Assembly: GCA_963924565.1 (NCBI GenBank)
Contig: OZ004607.1
Span: 33,976,001 to 34,040,000 of the forward strand
Length of the DNA stretch: 64,000 nucleotides
Direction of reading: 5' to 3'
Origin: Ascidiella aspersa
Lineage: Eukaryota
Shown: positions 46,620-58,762 of the stretch, piece after piece
How the letters are laid out: each line of letters begins with the position of its first letter
Numbering within the stretch: the stretch's first letter is position 1
Position numbers and translations under genes: made by a program
The notes under the pieces: model-generated
Database searches by the model: none
Told to the model about the DNA's origin: nothing
Seen by the model: only the letters and a program-made list of their open reading frames with translations

Positions 46620-47420
46620 TCTTCAAATGGTGTTTGTCGTTTTGTTTTCGTTGATCGCGTTCTAGTTGTGTCAATTGCAACATTGGCTGGAGGCTATGCA
46701 GTAAATTTTGCCTAAATTGGTTTCAAGCTGCGTTAAAAATTGGCCTGTAAACGAAATCGGAATTAGTTAGGAGCATTCATTTTACGTTTGTAGGTAACCT
46801 TTTTAAAAGTCGGCTTGAAACTTGAGTGTCATACATAATTTAAGCAGATTGCATGTTACATAATGAAACTTGAAGATTAGACTGAGACACTGTAGGTTTT
46901 AAACCATTGAAATACTTCATGAAAGGTGTTTTGTCGATCACTAACTTATTAACAAACGCAAATAGAGACTGAATTAAAAAGCAGCCTAAATTAAAACTTA
47001 AATATAGAAAAATACTAGCCTAAAACTAAAATACTAAATGCTAGCACATACGATACTAACCATGTTTAAACTGCTCCAATTGTCATTAGGCTAAACATTT
47101 TATATAAACACTCAGAAATTTACCTTCTTGCCTTTATTTGGTATTATTTCTACGCCTCACAATAACCTTTAACCGTTCGCTCCAAAACTCATATAGTCCA
47201 AAATAAGAGAGTCAACGGGCGCAGCACTAACCCTTGAAACCTCAGTTGAACCAAACATAACTGTATAGTCATATCCGTTGTATCTACGCACCTAAAGTCT
47301 GGAGGAACGTCTGGAATATATCAACAGGATACACTTTCCCTAAACGACGTGCAGATAGAAATCACGCAACCAAGCTCAACATAAATGAATATCCTATGGC
47401 TGGGCAAAGCGGAAATGAAA

Positions 47421-47431
47421 GTATTTATAAG
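47421..47431 (-). promoter_or_regulatory. TATA box of the putative proximal promoter of the Ly6-mucin gene
   Basis: CTTATAAATAC on the minus strand, with a downstream donor AAG|GTAAAT (~47123) and an acceptor tttacag| at 46745-46746 upstream of the ATG. Confidence 0.45.
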
Positions 47432-48289
47432 GCTGCTTCGCAGAAACGCTAAGTTAAACGGAAACCAATTGGCCTTTTTGATCGTGTGAAACGAACCTCA
47501 GGAGCACTTACTAAGCAGATACGGTTTTGTGTTATCGCGGGTCAACTAACATTGGCATTGCTTTTTTATAAAATGATTTGTAAAGGCGTGATGACGCATA
47601 CCGCCAAATAGTCCTACCCGCCGGCTTTTGTTTCAGGAAATTTCGTTTTCCGACTCCAGCTTGTGATTCAAGACTCACCGGAGTTGGCCATCCGCGAGAA
47701 AAACGTCGCAAAACCTTATTTAATCGACTGTTGTTCCAGAACACTGGTATGAAACCTTTTCTGGCCACCTATTCCAGTACGTGACCTTTTACACTGTCAC
47801 TGCATAACACCTATTTAAAAAAAACTCGGTTTTACTTGAATATACTAAAGCCACAAAAATGAACTAAAAATCTTGTTTCTGCCAAAGAGAGAATACAACT
47901 TACGACAATCGCATTAAGTTTTTACCCTTTCGTTAATTCGCCTAAAAAGCCAGAATTTTCTTTCTAATGATATACTCTGCCCGAAACCGAAAGGTGAAAA
48001 AAAAACGATTCTCGTCTAACATAAAAATTGATTAAATGACAAAACGTACGAATACTATAAAACCGAAAATTAACTTGTTTTGATGTCATGCGATAAGTAT
48101 AGTTCACACCTATACGAGCTCATCGGTATATCATATAAACTCCGCGTAATGACAATTGCTTGCGTAAGCCACAGATTGACAACCCCTGTTGTAGAACACT
48201 CCACCAGCAAACGACTATATACAGTCACAACCTTTAGCACTCTTTCATGCATTGAGGGCACTTCAACGTGTTGAACTCGGGCTACACTG

Positions 48290-48300
48290 GTATTTATAAG
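48290..48300 (-). promoter_or_regulatory. Second identical TATA box, putative distal promoter
   Basis: Same CTTATAAATAC 11-mer, with a downstream GTAAGT donor at 47898-47903. Confidence 0.35.
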
Positions 48301-48703
48301 CGCGCACACTTTTACTTCAACTAGGACGATCGTCTGCATTTGCATGCTAATCGACGCATTAATATAGACGGAGGAAATATAGCTGGATGACGTTGCTTAT
48401 ATTGATATAGGCCCCTGACGCGCGAATTTCTCTTCCGGGTAAAGGTTAAAGTTTATTTTTAGAAAGGTGCCGTCATTTACCTGTCATTTGTTTTATTGAG
48501 ACTTAGCGTCAAACTGCACGTCATCGTATTGTCACCTGCGTATAACGCTACACCCATATTCGGCAAATATCTATTTTTTTCATGGTGGTAAACTATGACT
48601 GAAATTTACGCGTGCGGAATTTGTATTTTGAAAATAAGATTACTTTCGATCAACTTAATTAGTCACTTGGAAATTTCGCTTTGTCTGCGAATGACGTGTT
48701 GCC

Positions 48704-49812
48704 GTTCTTTAAGGCTATAAAATTTATTAGGCGCTAAATTTACACTTTTAAAAGTTACATATTTTTAAATTTGTTTGAATGCAAAACTGTAAATTACATA
48801 TTTAACCTATAGCAAAAACAGGTCAGCAAAATGTTACGGTTCGAAAACAAGGCAAGATAAGTTTTCAAATCTGTACCGAATTTTACAGATTTTTAGATAG
48901 AAATTGCTCTTCTGGTATAGACAAAGTTACAAACCGAAGTTTCGGCAGCAGATACAGATACTAGGGTTTTAACAGTTTACAAAATTCTGTTTCAAATTCA
49001 TTAAATTTCTGTTATAAATTTTCAAATTCTATAACGAATTTTTCAATTTTCTTTTGCGCATCACTTACGATTTAGAACAGCTCCACAATATCACTTAAAA
49101 ACAGTCATATGACAGAAAAATTTCGAGGTTGATCTTTGTTGTTTTTAAGCGCATCTGTTTACATTCCAAGTGGGCTACACATTCAGCCTGTCACGCGCCT
49201 TACAAACGAAGCCCATTAAACCGCCAACGTAACGCAGTAAACACGTAATAGTGGCGACGATTAGTTCTTTAAGGCTCTAGAATTCATTAGGCGCTAAATT
49301 TATTTAAACTTACATTTTTTAATTGTATAAAAATTGTCTTTAAATGCAAAACTGTACATCTCTAACCTAACAAAGCGGGTCAGCAAAATGTGCCAAAATA
49401 AGCCAGGATTACTTTTCAAAATCTGTTTTTTTTTTAATTTTGGATCGAAATCGCCTCTGTTTTATAGTTTAAAGTTAGCAAAACAACGGAACGCTACGAA
49501 ACAGACACAAATTTAATAATTAAATAAAAACGAAGTTATAAACCAACGTTTCTGCAGCAGATTCTAGCTGATCTTAATGTTTTACAAAATTCTGTTTGAA
49601 ATTTTTCAAATTTTGTTGGGAAACATTTCACGGCTCATCTAGCAACATAAAACCACTTAAATGAGTCAAATGACGCAAAAAATTCAAGGTTGATCTTCAT
49701 TGATTTGTTTACATTCCAACTGGGCTACAACTTCAGTCTGTCACGCGCCTTCAAACGAAGCCCATTAACCGCCAACGTAACACAGTCAACACATAATAGT
49801 GGCGACGATTAG
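48704..49812. repeat. Tandem duplication of a ~555-bp non-coding unit
   Basis: Units 48704-49263 and 49264-49812 both start gttctttaaggct..aatt.attaggcgctaaattt and end aatagtggcgacgattag. Confidence 0.88.
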
Positions 49813-52800
49813 GCTTATACATGCACGGAACACTTGGGGAAAATCCAGCAAACAGATCGACTCGTCCCAGAGTTGCACATTAAGTACGTAAGTGTATAAT
49901 TTAAGCAATTTGATTACTTTTAGGCGTTTTTAAAGTTAAAAGACGCGGCTTTTAAAACAACAGGCGCTTTCGGGAAAAAGATAGTGATTTAATGCCCGAT
50001 TTTTAAAACACAATTGTCCCTTTCCAAACAAACCAAAGAGTTCTCATATTCAAAGCGGATATTAAACGACAATCAAAGCTTTTGAATGCAAATTTAGGGC
50101 GACGAAACGCGACCTTTTCAAAAGCCATAGCCCATATTCAAGTTTGGCAACGTATAGCTTGTACTCTCAGCGAACCATGCAAGCTCAATTCATAGCATCT
50201 TAATTATTTAAGGCACCACCCTTGTAAGAGTGGGTTATCGCCATCAAAAAGAAACAAAATGTAGTCAACTCCCCCAATCGGCATCTGTTACAGGTTGGAA
50301 ACCGCCCTTCGCTATAAGCTAAGTTTCCGTAAACCAATTTTCTGTAAATACATCCGCACAGCTGACAAACACAGCCGCAGTTTTGTGAAAAGGAATGGAA
50401 AGGTTTTGAAGTTGAACGATTGTTAACCCTCGCCAACCCCTCAGCTGTGTATTGGGTCTAGCCAAATATTCGGTACAAATAGGTTGCTGCGGAACTAATT
50501 GGGCATCTCATACTGGCAATGCTACAAGCCGCTGCAATGCTATTTTAAGACGCCACTAAAGCAGTTACGCTATTACACAAGTATTTGCTTGTTAAGATAC
50601 ACTTCGATAAACTACAGTGAAACAACACTCTTAATTGGTTATAGGTATCGCTATTAGTTTTCAAATACGAATGAAAACCGTGACCATGCCGACTGTCTTA
50701 TTTTTTTAATTTTAAAATGGGTCTGGTGTTAAATGGGCTTTTCTGATTTCTAAGATTGGTTTAGAATTTTAATGTGAGAATTCGCACAAAAATACGCCCT
50801 AATTGACAATAGACGCTATTTAAACATATTACCAAAGAACCAATAAACTTTTTAATACGTAACATAACGTGACTGGCAAACAAAATTACAATTAGGATTT
50901 TGCGACAAACTCCGAATTTCAACCCAAGTCCTTCGACTCATTGACTAAGTCGTTACAACACTGGTACTCTTAAGGCCCGTTATAACTCTAAAGACCAATA
51001 CTTAATCTTGAAACTTAATCGGTTCTGTGGCCCATTAAATTATTTCAAGTGTCAATGCGGCCCACTATAATAAAATGTTGGACATCCCTGCCCTAGGTGT
51101 ACGACAACTGTTCCAAGGGGGTGTGGGTATGCTGAATCAGACACAGATAATGTATTACTGTAATTTATTTCTTTGCTTAGTTAAATGTAAAACTAACTTA
51201 CATTTTGGTATCTGCTAGTTGTATAGAATTAAAATTGAAATGCGGTTTTGTTATTTAAGCAATTCTGGCAGGGAGTGCGAGAATTGGTTGGTGATTAGAA
51301 CGAAAAGGAAAAAGGATGAGAAACACTGAACTACTGTAGACAACTAGCTTTGTCTTGCTATCCAAGTCTGATACGCTGCTATGGATTAGTCTGCTACCAC
51401 ATCCGATAGCAAAGTAGTCGTAAGGTCACGTTGGAACGAAACCAGGAGAATAGGAAACCGTAACCACGTCGGATTTGCGAAAAGTTCGAGCGAAGTGAAA
51501 AGCAGGAAACGAAGCCTGTGTGTATCGATCTTTAATGTGTCGTCAAAGAGCAATACACGGGGTCAAATAAGCATGCATGCCTTACATGGGTAGCCCTATC
51601 GCCTTATATAATCCGGTCTCACGATAGCAATTTATGGAGTAGTTTCGACAGATATAATGGTACTTTGTTGTTTTAGCTGCGCACTATTTTCGCGGCCGTT
51701 TTTTCTTGGCAAACATTCTTATTTTACCGTTTTGCGTTTCGCTGAGCACAAACAAAGTGAAACGAATTTTAGAAAATATAGCACAACAGCATTTAAAAGT
51801 GGCGCGTTAGCGGATATGACATCCTGCAAAACACAAACAATTATTACCACTTTAAAACAGTTATACAGTTGGTTATGCGGGCTGAAGGTTTAAATTTAAA
51901 AATACCTCTATATAGCTCATTCTTAACTTAACAGGTAAATACGACCAAAGTTCTGTTAACCGCAAAATTATCGCTGTTTAGGCAAATTTCTAACGTATGA
52001 TCTTCTATTGACTCTGTTTTGAAAACTAATCACACATTGCCAATGACGGATTTGATTTAAGCCTGTTGCAGCCATGCGAGTATATAAAATATTGTTTGTC
52101 AAAAAACCTTATAATTATTGCTCCAAAACACTGACGATATTTGACATTTGATGCTACATTTTTTCGGTTTCTACGCTTACAGAAACCTTAACAAATTCCG
52201 CACATTTTAGGCGTTTGTTGCTAGCTGGTTATACAATCTGTCAAGTCGGTTTTGATTGATATTCCGAGCAATAACTCAACCCTAACTCACTAATAATTCA
52301 TTGAGTGCAAAATCTTGGTAAAAATCCACTGTTAGCCGATGCGCCTTTTCTCAAATGTAGATCCACGTCTGATGTCAACGAGAAAACGTAAGGGTTCCCA
52401 TTTTGTTTGCCACATATAAACAACTCTCACGTGCGTGATGTGGCCAACCTGTTGAAAGCCGAGCAATTTTCAGCCTCAACTGAGCGACTTATTCAGCCAG
52501 TCACGTTAACTACGTTATAAACACGTTATTAGAGTTAAATTGGCGCGTTGTAATAGCACTTTGACGCTCGGCCAGCCACGTTTAATAACGCCATTCTCGC
52601 CCCGAGCGTGTTTTAAGCTGGTTGCAATTAAGGTGTGCGAACCGTTGACCTTACGACAACTGACCTGATGTTTTCTCCCTTGCTGGCAAACACCCATAGG
52701 CGACTTGGAGATATTGCCTAACACCAATCCGGCGCGCCAAGTTTTCCCTGCTGGCAAGCGAAACGATCGGATGCTGGAAACGAGTTGTTCCCAAAATAGC

Positions 52801-55588
52801 TTTGGAAATGCTCAAGTGTATTACAAATGAGTGACTTTTGCTTTTATAAATTATCAACTAAACAAGTTTAAAATATTATAAAAAAAAATAGAGAACGAGC
52901 AGAGACATCGTGAAAAAAAAAATAGTATTAGATTTAAAATTACGTTTTGCGTTTTTTTAGTGTATTAAGCGAGTTCCATTAATTTTTATTTTCGAATGTG
53001 TATAAAAAATCTTCTTTAATATTTTTCAACAATAGCCTATAATTATAAAAATCTTGATCAAGTTTGATGTTTTGTTTTTGCTAACTTTTTTGCTATATTG
53101 TTGGCAAGTATAAAAATCAAGCTTAAGTTTAGCAAAAAAAAAAAAAAAATAAAAAATAAAGTTTATTTTGAAAAGCAGCGCAACATGGACACTTTTTTAT
53201 GTAAGAAATCTTTCGCAGACGAAAAAATAAAAAAATAAAAACATAAAAAATCCTTATTCAAAATTAAGTAACGGGTGCCGGTTCAAATTAGGTTGTACAA
53301 CAAGCAAAAAAAAACAGGTAAAGAATAAATCCTCAGAATAAATTGAAAAAATATTTCGCCGTATAAAACTAGGATCGACACTCTCTCCAAAATAAATGAC
53401 ATTCGTAGTACAACGTCACTTTCAAAACGGACAAAAACGTGTAACTTTTTGAAGAACGTGGACCCAGTTCAGCCAAACAGCCTTGACGTTTTCAACCCTT
53501 GTAATGGTAGCCTACTTGGCAAGTAACATTGCTTACCCGTCGCCATCGGTTGCAATCCAAGTAGGAAATGGCCACTTCATTGGATGTTTGGCAAGGTCAC
53601 GCAGTTGTAAATGCCAATGACGGGTTATCGAATACGCGACCGGAATACTGTTTTATCGCTTCTAAAACATCGTTTACAGTGGTCACGGACTAAACGGTTA
53701 AGAAAGCCCTAGGGTTAGACAACTTACTGAATGAAAAAGCTGTAACAAATCATTTTCTATCGACTGTTTAAGTCACGCCATTCTTAACGAATAACTATGT
53801 CCAATATCGATTATTCGCTTGCCGGCCTACTAAAGTCCCAGTTAAATTTAGTGCTGTATAAAGTCGTTAGCATTAAAATTCAATGTTTTACAATAAATTT
53901 ACGTTCTGCTACAGGTTTATTTTAAAGATTTATTTTAAAGATTTAAGAAGTATACGCTATATAAACGCGCAATGGCATTTGGTTTTAAGATTGTTAAAAA
54001 ATTACCTAAACTGTCAAAGCTGGTATACTGGCGTTCATAACTCCCTCAGACAACAATATTAGGACTACTAAAATTCTATCAACGTATAAGCAAACATAAA
54101 AGCGGAATAATAATAAAATGCTGTACAGTGCTGTCTATAGTTGCCAATATGTGAAAGCCAGCTCAATTATATCATTCAGCTAACAATGTCAAGTTGAATG
54201 CTTGTATTATGATGTGTGTCCAGAAAACTTCATCATTACAGCTTTAGGTAATATATTCAATTACATGCTGTTACTTGTAAAGAAAGTCTCCCAGTCGGTT
54301 TTGCACTCTGTGCTAGATTTAAGTCATGTTAAAAGTAAGAGAGTGTCCACTCCACAGAGACGTCGCTCATTTTTATCTCTGACCTTCTTGGCCGCCGGTT
54401 TGACTAGCTTACTTTGGATGTTGTGCTGAATATGTGATAATAGAAACTACCTTGACCCTTGCAAGATGGACGTCGACCTGATCAGTAACAGTTTAAAATA
54501 CTAGCACACCTAGCAATTCAGGTCAGAAAGCGTACTTTGGATATGCTTTAATGTTGAAACGGATACCATCTTATAGTTCACCCTTAGGCCTAAACTAAAG
54601 GATTCACTGAAAAAAAGAAGAGTTATAGGCAGTTCAAATCTTTTGCAAATAAATTCTGGAATATTCGGCCCAATTTTATGAAGTTTTGTTTCATGCGACT
54701 TGAAAATACGTTGTAAATTGCAATGGAAATAGTACGCTTGCTGATAAAAACCGAGAGTTTGATTTTCAAGTTAATCGATGAGCCCATAATTTAGGCCAAA
54801 CGATGTAACTCCGGGGCATTAATAAGAGCTTATCCTGATTTACATAATATATCCTGGAAATCTGAAACGGATCACTAATTTACATAAAAAACGTTGTAGT
54901 ATGTAAAATGGCTACAATATTAGATTTCCACCCGTCATGCATTATTGAGCACGACATACTTTAACCTATATTTAAACTTGTGCAATTAGCCGCGAAATTC
55001 TACACTTGCTGACTGTGTCGCGAGAAAAAACAAAGCTTGAAAGAGGGATGCCAAACGATTACCGACGATTACCGTAGTAAACAAATGTAAAACTTTTTTT
55101 TAATATTCCTAAGAGCTAGTTTTAAACTCACGCGTTTTAGCATTTTTGATCTTAACATTGAATGGATCACAGTTATTATAACTGATTATACAACTATACG
55201 TATCGAAACGTCTTACTAAAGATGATTGATGTCAATTCACTCGGCCTATCTTACTTTGCTATTCGCATTCAATCAATACTGCACATTACAAATTCGTTAT
55301 TTACAGTGTACCGAATGTTATTGCATCTTTTTCTATGTGTTCCTTAAAGTCAGTTGGAAAATGTTGGCAACGAAAACACCTCTGAAAAAAAGAAGACAGA
55401 GTGTAAAGCCACTGGTTAATCACGACAAATGTTTCGTTTTTAAATTATATTTTGACTTAGAACTCTTTTTTGTCTGATTAACTCTTTTACAGGAGTGTTT
55501 TTGGGTTATTTTCGTATGATCAGATTGGTATGACAAATTAGTGGCAAGTTGCTCATTTATAGTTGACAACTGCCTAACTCTAAGTTGT

Positions 55589-55993
55589 CAGTGTTGTAAA
55601 CAAGTCATTTTGAAATGACTTAAAAATAACAAGCCCCAGTCCATCCAATAATAAAGCAAGCCATTTTAAGGTTAAGTGATTTACATCAAAATAAAACGAA
55701 TACAATTGGTAAATCGTTCGAATATGAGAATAAACTTAATTAAATAACAAAGACGCCATGTATAGCAAGTAACTTGTTTTACATGCAAACAATAAAATCA
55801 ATAACTTAATTTTAATAAAATAATATTCAAAAAACATTCATTTTAACCTACGTCATTTGACACAATGAATTATGCCCAAGCCAAGACATTTGTCCAAATA
55901 AGCCAAGTCAAGTCTTTTTTTGGCAAAAGACTTAAATCAAGTCAAGTCGTTTGATAACAGTGGCTTCAGTGTACTTAAGTCACTACAACACTG
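55589..55993. mobile_element. MITE with CAGTGTTGTA termini and AAGTCA subterminal repeats; relatives at ~3570-3910 and ~15237-15570
   Basis: cagtgttgta...tacaacactg ends, many caagtc/gacttg motifs, internal similarity to the other copies. No clear TSD. Confidence 0.6.
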
Positions 55994-58129
55994 TTCTTTC
56001 ACTACAACACTGTTTTTTTTACATTAAAAAAATATTTTGACAAAGCGAAAGCCATCTGCTGCTTTTAGTTTCGTTAAACGTTTTTACGACGTGATTTTAC
56101 AATGAAAAAAAACACACCATGAAAAGTGAATATCCCGTACAGCCTTCTCGAGTAGGCTACCTTAAGACAATAAAGGAAACATTTATTGAGCCCCTGTTTT
56201 AGGCGATACATATTTATGAAAAATATTAAGTAGTCTATTGGTATCTATGCTAAATATCAGTATAATAAAGTAGTAAAAAATTGTACTGTAATACTTAAAC
56301 GGAAGAAGCATTATTTGGAGACATCTGTCTGGCATTGACCATTTTGGTGTCGACGTTTATAGGCGCCGATATGTTGGCACTCTCTTTATCCCTGTTTGGG
56401 GTTAGTGGGGTGGGTTAGAAAATTAGTTATGTTGAAATTATTATGAGAGTTAGTGATGAGGTTAGGGTTGGGTTTGGAGTTTGGAAAAGGTTGTATAGGC
56501 TTTATGCTGGGTCTCATTTCAACGCGAGTTTGGGCTTTATTTCGCTTTAGACGTTATTGCGACTATAATGCATTAGTCCTATTTTGGCCTTATCCCAAAC
56601 TATGCTTTATTCCGACGTATGTTGTTCTAATTCCAGTCTTCTGACTGGAGTACGTTATTCATGGAAAATCGAAAGATATAATAAAATTTTGTTGCGCTGT
56701 TTTGTCGCTATCATACAGGATGCTTACCCTTTTAATGGCATGCACTTTAGGACGCTATAAAACAGCTTTCCACAAACAGAAGGGTAACGATATGAGTACT
56801 ACGCTGACAGCAACCAGAAATCCACCCTAATGTTGGTTATATTTTTAGGACCATCGTGGTTTGTTAGAAAAAAGTATACCTGCTTATATTAAACAATTAC
56901 CGTGTAAAGGCTACAAGTCATGCACCAAGACAGCTTTAAAGGTTACATACAAACGAGACCTGGTTAGTCGTTAAAGTAGGGGCTTATTTGGCGATTTTTT
57001 GAAAAATATTTGTTGTATTTTTTATGTTGTGTAATTCTTTTGTGCAACCATTTACAACCCTGAATTTCCCACACAAGATTGTTTTTTTCTTGCTTAAATG
57101 GACAAAAATCGAAAGATAGGGTCACCGTTTCGTAATTTCCTCTGAGCAAACGCACGGACATGAATCAGATTTCCTCTAGTATAAGTTGATACAATATTTC
57201 TTAACATATCGTACTTTTAATAAACACATAGTAGACTACAGTATTCAGCTTTGCATTGCCGGAGTTTGGCACCACCGAGTGCTATAGTTCGCCATCGAGT
57301 GCTAATCACCATTATATAACAAAATTGTGGTATAGCCAGATCAGCCTTCGGCAATTTACCTAATTAGAATAGCGGCCTAAAACCAATCTGTCGGCCTTTA
57401 GACTATATGTATTAAGAAAGAGTGATCAGTTTTCTTTAAAATACAGTTACGAAGTTTTTGTCAAAAACGGACGGGTATTTTATAGAGTAAATAAAGCCGA
57501 TTAAACAGACAAAAAAGGTGGGATGCAAAATATTGCTTTTCCTCAGTGATTACTGCTGATGCAATTATTTAAAGTGTAAGAAAAAGGTAAGTTTGAATAA
57601 ACCTTCAAACGCCCCATTATTAAGTTAGTTATAACAAAATAAGGTTTGAATATAAGCAAAAAAATCGTTCCTTCAAATGTAATCGTGAATCCGCCCCTGA
57701 TTAATCGAAAAGTCAGACGAAACGGCTCGCTGGTTGCTGGTTTAAACCTTCGAATCCCAAAACACTATGCTACAAAATGGCCTAAAATGTGGTATTCTAT
57801 GGTCTATTGGTGCAACAATTGAGGAAGCAACAACTGGACTTTGATCCTTGTGGTGAAATTTATTGCTGTTGTTTGAGTGACAAGTAGCGAAGCTTATCTT
57901 GATTGACGTGTTCGCCTTGTACCTCACCCTTTGATCGACCTACTTTAACCTTGACACGGAAAACGTTGCGTAGTTTTAGTTGTGACGTTGGTTACATAAA
58001 TGTTAGGCGCTTTTTCACAAATGTACGTTGAAAAAAGAAAAAAAAGCACCAAATGTTGTTATATAATATTGATCGTCGATTCGTGTTGCGGTAAAGAAAC
58101 CACTCTTATAGAGTGTAGAGACCAAACTT

Positions 58130-58341
58130 TTGCTGGTTGTGTTCTAGAAACCAACCCTCTTTTAGTCCAGAGGTTTATTTAGCTAGCAATATTTGGGTTA
58201 GGGTGCGATGCAAGTTAGCATTTGGTTCGAGTGGGCCAAGTATTATTATTTAATTTTCTCCTATATTTATTTCTACTTGCAATTTAGATATCGATAACTC
58301 GATTTGTTACTCTAAAAAACTAGTAGGAATCTAGACGAGCT
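58130..58341. mobile_element. Degenerate Merlin-like MITE upstream of ACADVL
   Basis: atatttgggttagggtgcg...gtgggccaagtattattattt and gtaggaatctagacgagc resemble the family arm and TIR. Confidence 0.55.
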
Positions 58342-58762
58342 ATAATTTTTTTTTAAGTTATGTTGTTGTTCTGGCTGGTATTGATTGAGCCTCGAACACT
58401 TCAGTATAATATATCAATAAGATTTGTTTTATCTCTCGCATGAAACAAAAAGTAGTTGTAGTGTTTTTGTAATCTTGCCAATTCCATATTCTTTAGTTTT
58501 TAATCAGGCATTGTGTTTTTATTCAGTTCTAATCAAAAAGAATAATAACCAATATAACCAGTAGTTACGTTTTAAGAGATTAACTAAAAAAAAGCATGTT
58601 GGGATTAAGTCACTAGGATACAGTCAAGTATTTTTTTGATATTTTACATTTGTGCACAAAAGCCTCCTAATTATTACCTTAAAAGTATAAATTTTCATTA
58701 ATTTTCTAGGTACCAGAGTCATATTTTTGTTAATTATCATTTTTTTGGAATTAAAATCAAAC

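Noticed and set aside
49150-49170. Minus-strand TGGAATGTAAA matching the miR-1 5' end (also at ~49710)
   Set aside because: The match stops after 11 nt and there is no complementary arm to form a pre-miRNA hairpin.
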